Below, piece after piece: positions 18,299 through 26,828 of a DNA stretch of 64,000 nucleotides. Source of the DNA: Candidatus Rariloculaceae bacterium (lineage in GTDB: Bacteria; Pseudomonadota; Gammaproteobacteria; Steroidobacterales; Rariloculaceae); NCBI GenBank assembly GCA_965204155.1, contig OZ241971.1:2304100-2368099 (forward strand), written 5' to 3'. Both the position numbers and the translations under genes were made by a program. The notes under the pieces are model-generated. The model ran no database searches. It was not told the DNA's origin and was given only the letters and a program-made list of their open reading frames with translations. The number at the start of each line of letters is the position of its first letter. The first letter of the stretch is position 1.

Positions 18299-18760
18299 GG
18301 GTCCCGGCCAGCGGGCGCTCGCCCGTCAAGGGACAGCGAAAACGCCCGCCGGACCAATCGGCCCTAGTGCCAGACCTTCAACCCCGCACTCGCGTATTCG
18401 GCAGACGCTGAGGCGACTCGCGTCAGGGGCATTTGCCGGGCTCCACCAGGTAGACAAACCCGACATTGAACGTCTTCTGCGAATCGCTTGCTGAAGGAAT
18501 TCTTGGTCTCAGGGCCGCGATGATCGTAAGCGGTTAGCCGACCCCACCTTCCTTTCGCTGAGCCAAAGAGGTTGTATGACTCCTTTTGTCTAGGGAGTTG
18601 TTCGATGAGGGATCCTGATGTGGACGCCTCGGCCCATGCCGACGCCTTCTGGGGGTGGGGGCAGTCCGAAGCGGAGGAGCTGTGCGGTCAGTAAGGATTT
18701 CGGCGCCCCGTCCGCCGCGGTCCGTTTCTCAACAGTTTATCCACAGATTGTCCCTTCGCA

Positions 18761-19900
18761 TCACCGAAGAAACCAGAGACTGATCCCGTCCTTGATTCGT
18801 TGCCAGAGCCCCGCTTCGGCCACATCGGTCAGCGCCACCAGCGGCAGCTCGGCCAGGTCTTCGCCGTTCATCGAAATCGTGACCGATCCCAGCAGCGTGC
18901 CCGCTTCGATGGGTGCGGTCAGGTCTTCTTCCACCGTCGTATCCGACACGAGGGAGTCGTAGCGTCCCTTGGGAATCGTCAGGTAGTGGTCCTCCGTAAC
19001 GCCCAGCGACACCGACTCGGTTTCCCCCTTCCACACCCGCGCCGTGGTGACCTCGTCACCCTCGGAGAACAACCTGTAGGTCTCGAAGAACCGGAAACCG
19101 TAGTTCAGCAGTGCCTGGCTGTCGTTGGCCCTCGCCTCGGCGCTGTGGGAACCCATGACTACGGACACCAGCCGCATGCCGGAGCGTTCCGCTGACGTCA
19201 CCAGGCAGTAGCCGGCCGCCTCGGTGTAACCCGTTTTCAGGCCATCCACGGACTCATCGCGCCACAGCAGCGAGTTGCGGTTGAACTGTTCGATTTCGTT
19301 GTAGGTGAATTCCCGCTGGGAATACCAGGCGTAGTACTCGGGAAATTCGGCGATGATCGCCCGCGCAATCGTGGCGGCATCCCGGGCAGTCATGTAGTGC
19401 TCCGCATCCGGCAGACCGGTGCTGTTGCGGAACGAACTGTTTTCCATGCCCAGTTGTTCCGCATAGAAGTTCATCAGATCGGCGAACACCTCCTCCGTTC
19501 CCGCGACGTGCTCCGCCAGGGCCACGCTCGCATCGTTGCCCGACTGAACGATCATTCCCTGCAGGAGATCCTCAACGGAAACGGTTGTGCCTGCCTGGAT
19601 GAACGTTCTCGATCCCTCCGTGCCCCAGGCCCTTTCGCTGACCCGGACCTCGTCGTCCAGGCCGATCAACTCATCCCCGAGCGCCTTGAAGACCGTATAC
19701 GCGGTCATCAGCTTGGTCAGGCTGGCCGGATCCAGAATTTCGTCCGGATTGCTCTCGACGACAACGTCGCCGGTGGCGTGATCGATGAGAATGTAGCTCT
19801 TCGCGCCCAGTTGCGGCGCTGCGGGAATGGGGACTTCCTGGGCCTGGAGCGCCGGAGAGAACGCGAGGGTGAAGGCGGTCAGCATCCAGGTTCGGAGCAT
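18761..19900 (-). CDS. dacC: Serine-type D-Ala-D-Ala carboxypeptidase (PBP5/6 family)
   Basis: SLTKLMT (SxxK), SGND (SxN) and KTGYT (KTG) motifs, plus the C-terminal PBP5_C beta domain. ATG 19900 is preceded by AGGAGG. Signal peptide MLRTWMLTAFTLAFSPALQA. Confidence 0.9.
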   Translation of the reverse strand: MLRTWMLTAFTLAFSPALQAQEVPIPAAPQLGAKSYILIDHATGDVVVESNPDEILDPASLTKLMTAYTVFKALGDELIGLDDEVRVSERAWGTEGSRTFIQAGTTVSVEDLLQGMIVQSGNDASVALAEHVAGTEEVFADLMNFYAEQLGMENSSFRNSTGLPDAEHYMTARDAATIARAIIAEFPEYYAWYSQREFTYNEIEQFNRNSLLWRDESVDGLKTGYTEAAGYCLVTSAERSGMRLVSVVMGSHSAEARANDSQALLNYGFRFFETYRLFSEGDEVTTARVWKGETESVSLGVTEDHYLTIPKGRYDSLVSDTTVEEDLTAPIEAGTLLGSVTISMNGEDLAELPLVALTDVAEAGLWQRIKDGISLWFLR

Positions 19901-20057
19901 CGGATTCCTCCTGACAGGCGGCTGGATTGGAATTGTAGCGGGATTCGCGGGCAATTGAACAGCGCGGACTGCCGGTCGGCTGCGCCCACGGGTCGGGCCG
20001 CCCTGTCCCTGATGGTGTAGATTTCCGGGGTCAGGCGGGTGGGCAGGGAGTCAAAGG

Positions 20058-20450
20058 ATGAAACGCGCAATCTGGATCCAGCAGGGGCTGTACGCTGCGT
20101 ACGGTCTGGCGGCCGGCTTTCTGCTGGCATACATCGCGCGCAACGCCTGGCTGTACGGGCTCGACTTGTGGATGGATGGCGCGGCCGCCGCCGCCGTGGT
20201 GGCGATGCTCGCGCATCGGCCGGTGCAGCAATGGGCCTGGGCGGCGATGAAGCGGCGCATTGTACGCCGGGTGTTCGGCCGGTCCCCGCCCACGCCGTTG
20301 CCGGTCTGGGACCGTAACACCGATTACCCGCCGGACTACGTGCTGGCGTGTTGCGGGCTGCTGTTCCAGTCGGCTGCGCCGACCGGGCCGAGCCACGGCA
20401 ACGTGACCTCTCCGATGGAGGAAGGGCAGCGGGTCTGGACGCCCGTGTAG
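20058..20450 (+). CDS. Hypothetical membrane protein
   Basis: 130-aa ORF with two hydrophobic segments and no recognisable family. The call rests only on ORF length and non-shadow-like composition. Confidence 0.35.
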   Translation: MKRAIWIQQGLYAAYGLAAGFLLAYIARNAWLYGLDLWMDGAAAAAVVAMLAHRPVQQWAWAAMKRRIVRRVFGRSPPTPLPVWDRNTDYPPDYVLACCGLLFQSAAPTGPSHGNVTSPMEEGQRVWTPV

Positions 20451-20494
20451 GCGAAGGCGGCGGTCCCGGCGATGGACCCGGCCGCTGAGCGCTG

Positions 20495-20592
20495 CGGCGC
20501 CGCCATCGGCCCGGCCCGTTGCCCGCCGCAGCGTCGCCATCGACCCGGCCCGTTGCCCGCCGCGGCGCCGCCATCGGCCCGGCCGCGGTCGC
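20495..20592. repeat. About 2.8 direct repeats of a 33-34-nt unit (gccgccatcggcccggcccgttgcccgccgc)
   Basis: Read directly; lies immediately 3-prime of the M23 peptidase stop codon (20593-20595, complement). Confidence 0.7.
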
Positions 20593-22053
20593 TCAGTGGA
20601 CGGATGGCGGGGAAGACAGGACCCTGGCATTCAATTCGCTTGTATCGAGCAAGTCCAGCAGGGCCCAGAGCGGTGTCACGGTGTCCTCGAACGTCCTGAA
20701 CTCCTTGTACGGCATGGCGTCGGAGTCGTCGAATATCGCGTTTTGCGGATCGCGATGTTCGTTGTTGACGCGGTACTCGTAGTGCAGATGCGGCCCGGTG
20801 GCGAGTCCGGTCATGCCCACGTAACCGATGGTTTCGCCCTGCATCACGCGATCTCCGACCATGATGTCGGCAAATCGCGACAAGTGCGCGTAAAGCGTCG
20901 TGACATCGCGCCCGTGCTCGAGGATGACCGTACTGCCGTAGCCGTTCATGCCGCCCGCGAACAGGACGGTTCCGTCGCCCGCCGCCCGTACCGGCGTACC
21001 CACGGGGGCCGCGTAGTCCACCCCCCGGTGGGCGCGAATCGTGTTGAGCACGGGATGGCGCCGGTTCGAGCCGTAAACGGAGCTGACCCGCGTGAACTTC
21101 ACCGGTGCACGAAGAAAGGCCTTCTGAACGCTGCGGCCCTCCGGGGTGAAGTAGTCGGGCGCATCACCGCCGTGGGCATAGCGGGCGACACGGTAGCTTC
21201 GGCCGCGATTGACGAATTCGGCGGCCAGTATCGCGCCGTCGCCGATTCTCTCGTCCGCGTTCCACAGTTGCTGATACACCACGCTGAACTCATCGCCCAG
21301 GCGCACGTCATTCACGAAATCGATGTCCCACCGGAATATCTCCGCCATCTGCAGGGTCACCGCATCGGCGAGTCCGGCGGCCTGCGCGGCGCCGAACAGC
21401 GAGTCGCGAATCACGCCCCTGGCGACCGCCGTGCGCCGCTGCAGTTTTCGATCCACGACGTTGACGTCAAAACCGCTATCGTTGCGCTCGATGCGCAACA
21501 TCCTGGATTGGTCGATCGTGCGCTCGAGCGAGCGTAAATGGCCCGCATCGTGGGTCACTACAACGAGGTCTCCGGGGTTCAACAGGCGCAGGTGCGGGGC
21601 GGCTTCCTCCAGCCGGGACAACGAACCGAGATCGCCTATGCTCAAGCCGTGCTGCCGGAACATGCGTTCGAGCGTGTCGCCCCGGGCTACGGTCATCTCC
21701 TCCCGGCCAGAGGGCGCCGGGCTGGTCTCCGGAGCCGGGAGCGGTGCGGCCGCCGTGTTCTGCGGCATGAAATGGATGTCTTCAACCCCTGCGGGCGATG
21801 CGGCAACGTGAACGGGCTCTTCCTGAGAGATAAGCAGGGGGACCGCTACGCCGAGCAACGGAATCAAGGTGCCGCCGGCTATCCACGGGGCGTAACGCCC
21901 CGGTTTGCAGCGGCCCTCGGCGCGACCGTCGCGATCGCCGCGAAACTGAATCTCCAACTGCTCCAATGGCGGTTCCCCCGATGCCGCAATGGCGTATCTC
22001 GACCCGTGAAGGTCCCGGACGCAGACCAAACGGATAGGCCCTGATAAAAACAC
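20593..22053 (-). CDS. M23-family peptidoglycan DD-metalloendopeptidase (MepM/YebA-like)
   Basis: HRGVDYAAPVGTPV...GYGSTVILEH...LYAHLS...TGPHLHYE zinc/LytM motifs and an N-terminal TM segment. The start codon is uncertain. Confidence 0.85.
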   Translation of the reverse strand: MFLSGPIRLVCVRDLHGSRYAIAASGEPPLEQLEIQFRGDRDGRAEGRCKPGRYAPWIAGGTLIPLLGVAVPLLISQEEPVHVAASPAGVEDIHFMPQNTAAAPLPAPETSPAPSGREEMTVARGDTLERMFRQHGLSIGDLGSLSRLEEAAPHLRLLNPGDLVVVTHDAGHLRSLERTIDQSRMLRIERNDSGFDVNVVDRKLQRRTAVARGVIRDSLFGAAQAAGLADAVTLQMAEIFRWDIDFVNDVRLGDEFSVVYQQLWNADERIGDGAILAAEFVNRGRSYRVARYAHGGDAPDYFTPEGRSVQKAFLRAPVKFTRVSSVYGSNRRHPVLNTIRAHRGVDYAAPVGTPVRAAGDGTVLFAGGMNGYGSTVILEHGRDVTTLYAHLSRFADIMVGDRVMQGETIGYVGMTGLATGPHLHYEYRVNNEHRDPQNAIFDDSDAMPYKEFRTFEDTVTPLWALLDLLDTSELNARVLSSPPSVH

Positions 22054-22137
22054 CCTGTATTATAATGGGTTATAGCATATTTATCAAAAAAATGTTAGGA
22101 TTCGGTCCGAAGTCGCACACGCAATGGAGAATCGATC

Positions 22138-22554
22138 ATGCGCCATCTCGCCCGCACATTCGATCAGTTCCTGCAGGCTGGCAGACCGGGTGTTACGGCC
22201 CTGCTGGACGCGCTTCCTGCCGTTACCCGCTCCGCCGATTCGACGAACCGGCCGGCAACTTCGATCAACGGGGCCGCTTTCGGAAACAGGGAGGAGAACA
22301 TTCTGCGCGTGCAGGGCAATGTAGAGCAGGACATCAAGATGGACACTTGTGTCCTGTATATCGAGGAATCCGGGCAGGTCAAAGGCAATATTATTGTCAA
22401 GCGGGCGACGATATGCGGCGCCGTATCGGGTGATATCGAAGCCAGGGAACGGGTTACCGTAAAGTCGACCGGTCACGTTCGGGGTTCGATCACCGCTCCG
22501 CGAATCGCATTGGAAGAAAAGGGAACAATCAACGGCGCGCTGAGCGTCGAATAG
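22138..22554 (+). CDS. Bactofilin (polymer-forming cytoskeletal protein, DUF583)
   Basis: Beta-helical repeat pattern (VQGNVEQDIKMD..LYIEESGQVKGNIIVKRATICGAVSGDIEARERVTVKSTGHVRGSITAPRIALEEKGTINGAL). An AT-rich divergent promoter region lies upstream. Confidence 0.85.
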   Translation: MRHLARTFDQFLQAGRPGVTALLDALPAVTRSADSTNRPATSINGAAFGNREENILRVQGNVEQDIKMDTCVLYIEESGQVKGNIIVKRATICGAVSGDIEARERVTVKSTGHVRGSITAPRIALEEKGTINGALSVE

Positions 22555-22711
22555 CTGAAGAGCGCCTGGCCTGAGTACAGTCCGGCGCGGCCGACTCCGC
22601 GAACGCCGGACAGGGGACGTGCGGCTGCATCTCCGCCTGCCTCCGGCGGCTTCATGGCAGGGTACAATCGGCCGCGAAGTGCGTCTTGCGCGTGCGTGAC
22701 TCCTATTGACG

Positions 22712-23635
22712 ATGAAGACGGCATTTACGACCCTGGCGGCGGTGCTCGCGCTCTCTCTTCCCTTCGGGGCCGGCGCCCAGGACATCAACCAGGGAATCGC
22801 GAAGTTTCAGGGCGGCGACTACGCCGGTGCGCTGGCGGATCTGATGCCGTTCGCCGAACAGGGCAGCGCGACGGCGCAATTCCTGGTCGGCGCGATCTAC
22901 GCCAACGGCGACGGCGTAGTGCGCGACAACCTGGCTGCGGCGGGCTGGATCAGGCGCGCCGCGGAGCAGGAACACGCCTCCGCCCAGTTCAGTCTCGGGA
23001 GGATGTACGAGCAGGGCCGGGGTGTCGACGCGAACGCAGCCGAAGCCGCCAGATGGTACCGGAGGGCTTCGAACCTGGGACATGCGGAGGCGCAGTTCAG
23101 GCTCGGAAGCATGTACGAGATCGGGCTCGGTGTGGCCGTGGATGTCGGCGAAGCGGCGCGACTTTACCGGAGTGCCGCCGAGCAGGACAACGCCGCCGCC
23201 CAGGCAAGCCTCGGGGTTCTGTACACCACCGGCCAGGGCGTCGCACAGCATTTCGGCGATGCGGCAATCTGGTTCCGGCGGGCTGCGGAGCAGGGGCTCG
23301 CCCGGGCGCAGTACAACCTCGGCGTGCTCCTCGCAGACGGAAGGGGCGTGGAACAGGATCTCGATGCCGCTGCAACCTGGTACCGCCGGGCGGCCGTGCA
23401 GGGATTCGCCTCCGCGCAATACGGTCTCGGGGTGATGTACTACAACGGGCAGGGAGTGCCGCAGGATCCGGTGCTGGCCCATGTCTGGGTCAACATGGCG
23501 GCATTCAGCGGCCATGAGACCGCCCCCGGGGTTCGCTACAACATTTCCGAACAGCTCTCCGAGCCGGACCTGGCCCTGGCCGAAGAGATCGCGTCCCGCT
23601 GCCGGCAGCAGGGTTACGAGTATTGCGCAAGATAG
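22712..23635 (+). CDS. Sel1-like repeat (SLR/TPR-family) protein, periplasmic
   Basis: Signal peptide MKTAFTTLAAVLALSLPFGAGA followed by about seven Sel1 units (A..WYR.AAEQG.A.AQ..LG.MY..G.GV). Confidence 0.85.
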   Translation: MKTAFTTLAAVLALSLPFGAGAQDINQGIAKFQGGDYAGALADLMPFAEQGSATAQFLVGAIYANGDGVVRDNLAAAGWIRRAAEQEHASAQFSLGRMYEQGRGVDANAAEAARWYRRASNLGHAEAQFRLGSMYEIGLGVAVDVGEAARLYRSAAEQDNAAAQASLGVLYTTGQGVAQHFGDAAIWFRRAAEQGLARAQYNLGVLLADGRGVEQDLDAAATWYRRAAVQGFASAQYGLGVMYYNGQGVPQDPVLAHVWVNMAAFSGHETAPGVRYNISEQLSEPDLALAEEIASRCRQQGYEYCAR

Positions 23636-23773
23636 TCCACGCAGTCCGGCGTTTGCCGCACGCCGGAGAATCGGGAATTTTCTTCGCGCGGACGATAAAT
23701 CGGGCGTTGTCCATAGTACACTTACGGCCAGGCTCCATCCTGTCCCGGCGGCCCGCAATCAATCGGTACCAGC

Positions 23774-26700
23774 ATGACGATCGCACCCATTTCATCGCGT
23801 AACTCCGTTCGCCTTCTCGTCGCGCTCGGCGGCCTCCTGCTCTGGAGCGGCGCGGTCTTCGGTGAGCGCTACACGGTGCCGCTGCTGGTTGCGGCGGGCA
23901 CGTCGGGCGGGCCCGAGGGAATGCTGCGGATCATCAACGGCGCCGCCGAGCCGGGGATGGTGACGATATACGCCATCGACGATGCCGGCATGCGTTCGGG
24001 CCCGGCCACATTCACGCTGAACGCCTCGGCGGCGGCGGAGTTCACCGCTGCGGAGCTTAAGTCCGGCAACGCGGCCAGGGGTCTGGACGGCGGCATCGGC
24101 GCGGCCGCGGGCGATGTGCGCCTGGTAATCGAGACGGACCTGGACATTGTGCCGCTGCCCTTCGTGCGCGCCGCCGATGGCACGCTGAGCGCGATGAACG
24201 AGACGGTGCGCGCGACGGCGGCGCAGGCGGGCCGGTACCGTTATGACGTGCCGGTGTTCAACCCCGCCGCCGATGCCATGCAGGCGAGCAGGCTGCGCCT
24301 GATCAACCCGGGCAATGCGGCGGCGGCGGTGACGATCGCCGGACTGGACGACGGCGGCGCGGCGGCCTCGGGGGGCGCCGTGACGCTGACGTTGCCGGCC
24401 GGAGGCGCACGGACGCTGACGGCGTGGCAGATGGAGGCAGGCGACGCGGCGCAGGCGGGCCGGCTTGGCGCGCCGGGCCTGGGCAGGTGGCGTCTGACGG
24501 TGACGGCAGACCGCCCGTTGCAGGTGATGAACATCGTGGTGGCCCCGGCGGGGTACTGGAGCAACCTTTCTGCGTCCGCGACCGCGATCACGATCGGGAC
24601 CGAGACCGGAACCGCAATCGAGACCGCGATCACGACCGAGACCGCGACCGGTAGCGGTACCGGGACCGCGACCTGGACCGCAACCGGAACCGCAACCGGA
24701 ACCGCAACCGGGACCACAACCGGAACCGCGATCACGACCGGCACCGCAACCGGCGCGCGGACCCTCCCAACACGGCCCGGCGGAAACGGCGCGCGGACCC
24801 AAAACCAGTCTCCGACGGCGCCGGGTTCGGGCTTCGACGCCACAACCGGGCAACCCGGCGCAGGCGGCACGGCCACTGCGGCAAGCGCAGACGGCACAGC
24901 CACTGCGGCAGGGGCCTTCGGCACGATCACGTCGGCAATCGTCTACGGCATGACCACTGCGGCAGGCGCAGGCGGCACGGTCGCTGCGTCAAACGGCGAT
25001 GGGTCGACCGACGTGGCGCCGAGCTTCGACCTGGACGAGGACAACGGCAGCCCGGAGGGCATCGCGTGGTCCGACGGGCGTTTGCACGTGGTGGACCGCA
25101 GCGCCGACAAGGTGTTTGCCTACGGTGTCGAAGGGTATGCGTACGTGCCCCCGGAGTGGCGCCGCCAGCCCTCGCAGGATTTCGACCTGGACGGGGAAAA
25201 CGCCAATCCCGCGGGCATCGCCTGGTCCGGGGACGCGTTCCACGTGGTGGATTCATCCGACGACAAGGTGTACGTGTACGCATACGGCGGGCAGCGCCGG
25301 CCGGAGGCGGACTTCGAGCTGGACGCCGACAACAGCCGGCCCGGGGGCATCGTCTTGGCAGAGCGGCGGTTCTACGTGGTGGACCGCGGCGAGGACAAGG
25401 CGTTCGCGTACGGGACCGACGGGCAGCGCGACGCGGAGGCGGATTTCGATCTCCGCGACGGCAACGGCAGTCCTTCCGGCGTTACATGGTCCGGTGGCCG
25501 GTTCTACGTGGCCGACGATACCGACGACAAGGTGTACGCTTACGGCGCCGGCGGGGTCCGGGAGGCGGAGTACGATTTCGACCTGCGCGCCGACAACGGC
25601 CGGCCCCTGGGCATCGTCTGGGCGGACGGCCGGTTCCGCGCGCTGGACGCGGTCGAGGACAAGGTCTATGTGTACGCCGCCTCCCCGGTTCCGGGCGGCG
25701 GCGAGCAGATCGTCTACGCGGCCGGCGACACGATCCTCAGCCTTTCTCCCGCCGCGGGCTTCACACTGGACGACGGCGGCTTCGTCGAGAGGCGCGGCTA
25801 CCGCTACACATGCCGGAGCCCGGCAGGTTGCGAGGTCGGCGGCGGGGCCGTGGCGTCGGGCTCGGTCGCGCGAACGCAGGGCGGGGTCGAGGCCACGGAC
25901 GCCGTGCCGGAGTTCGCGGCCGGAAGCGGCCTGGACGACCTCACCGTCCCCGCCGGCGAGCCCATCGACGCGGTGACGCTGCCGGAGGCGAGCGGCGGCG
26001 ACGGCGCGCTGACGTACAGACTGTCTCCGCCGGTGCCGGGACTGAGCTTCGACGCCGCGGAGCGCCGGCTCACCGGCACGCCCACCGTGATCGGAATCTA
26101 CGCCATGACGTACACGGCCGCCGACGAAGACGGCGACCCCGCCACGCTCGACTTCGCCATCACCGTGAAGGAGCCGACGAGCTTCCGCCTGGACGAGGAG
26201 AACGGATGGGGCTGGGGCGTCGTCCGGGCCGGCAGCCTGTTCTACATCGTCGACGATTTCCGCAACAGGGTGTATGCGTACGACGCCGACTGGCAGCGGG
26301 ATTCGTCGGGGGACTTCGCCCTGGACGCCGACAACGGCTGGCCCAGGGGGATCGCCTGGGACGGCACCCGGTTCTATGTCGTCGACCAGATCGATGGCAA
26401 GGTGTACGCGTACGGGGCCGGCGGGCAGCGGGAAGCATCGGCGGACTTCGCCCTGGACGCCGGCAACTCCACGGCCAGGGGCATCGTCTGGGCCGACGGC
26501 CGTTTCCATGTCGTCGACCTCGGCAAGGTGTACGCGTACGGGGCCGGCGGGCAGCGGGAAGCATCGGCGGACTTCGATCTGGACGCCGCCAATCGGGGCC
26601 CGCACGGCATCGCCTGGGACGGCGCCCGGTTCCTGGTCACCGACTACATCGCCGACAAGGTGTTTGCGTACGGGCCCGGCGGGCAGCGGGAAGCGTCGGC

Positions 26701-26815
26701 GGACTTCGTCCTGGAAAGCAAGAACACCTTCAGCGTCGGCATCACCTGGGCGGACGACCGTTTCCATGTCGTGGACCTGATCCGCGACCGGGCGTTCGTG
26801 TACGAGGCCCCCTGA
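23774..26815 (+). CDS. Large secreted repeat protein: 2x unassigned ~115-aa domain, Thr/Gly/Ala low-complexity linker, 5x 44-aa blade-like repeats, Ig-like (He_PIG/cadherin-like) domain, 5x 44-aa repeats
   Basis: Signal peptide LLVALGGLLLWSGAVFG. Repeats follow the pattern DFDLDxxNxxPxGIxWxxGRFxVVDxxxDKVYAYGxxGQR. The Ig-like segment is TLPEASGGDGALTYRLSPPVPGLSFDAAERRLTGTPT. Confidence 0.8.
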   Translation: MTIAPISSRNSVRLLVALGGLLLWSGAVFGERYTVPLLVAAGTSGGPEGMLRIINGAAEPGMVTIYAIDDAGMRSGPATFTLNASAAAEFTAAELKSGNAARGLDGGIGAAAGDVRLVIETDLDIVPLPFVRAADGTLSAMNETVRATAAQAGRYRYDVPVFNPAADAMQASRLRLINPGNAAAAVTIAGLDDGGAAASGGAVTLTLPAGGARTLTAWQMEAGDAAQAGRLGAPGLGRWRLTVTADRPLQVMNIVVAPAGYWSNLSASATAITIGTETGTAIETAITTETATGSGTGTATWTATGTATGTATGTTTGTAITTGTATGARTLPTRPGGNGARTQNQSPTAPGSGFDATTGQPGAGGTATAASADGTATAAGAFGTITSAIVYGMTTAAGAGGTVAASNGDGSTDVAPSFDLDEDNGSPEGIAWSDGRLHVVDRSADKVFAYGVEGYAYVPPEWRRQPSQDFDLDGENANPAGIAWSGDAFHVVDSSDDKVYVYAYGGQRRPEADFELDADNSRPGGIVLAERRFYVVDRGEDKAFAYGTDGQRDAEADFDLRDGNGSPSGVTWSGGRFYVADDTDDKVYAYGAGGVREAEYDFDLRADNGRPLGIVWADGRFRALDAVEDKVYVYAASPVPGGGEQIVYAAGDTILSLSPAAGFTLDDGGFVERRGYRYTCRSPAGCEVGGGAVASGSVARTQGGVEATDAVPEFAAGSGLDDLTVPAGEPIDAVTLPEASGGDGALTYRLSPPVPGLSFDAAERRLTGTPTVIGIYAMTYTAADEDGDPATLDFAITVKEPTSFRLDEENGWGWGVVRAGSLFYIVDDFRNRVYAYDADWQRDSSGDFALDADNGWPRGIAWDGTRFYVVDQIDGKVYAYGAGGQREASADFALDAGNSTARGIVWADGRFHVVDLGKVYAYGAGGQREASADFDLDAANRGPHGIAWDGARFLVTDYIADKVFAYGPGGQREASADFVLESKNTFSVGITWADDRFHVVDLIRDRAFVYEAP
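24590..24770 (+). repeat. Low-complexity ACC-GGN-ACC-GCN hexa/dodecanucleotide run encoding (T-G/T-A)n
   Basis: Encodes TGTETGTAIETAITTETATGSGTGTATWTATGTATGTATGTTTGTAITTGTATG. Confidence 0.8.
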
Positions 26816-26828
26816 GCAAACCCGCCCC

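Noticed and set aside
18299-18760. The gene-poor region downstream of dacC was checked for a tRNA, sRNA or IS/transposase fragment.
   Set aside because: There is no cloverleaf-compatible sequence, no terminal inverted repeats, and only short ORFs without recognisable motifs. Left unannotated.
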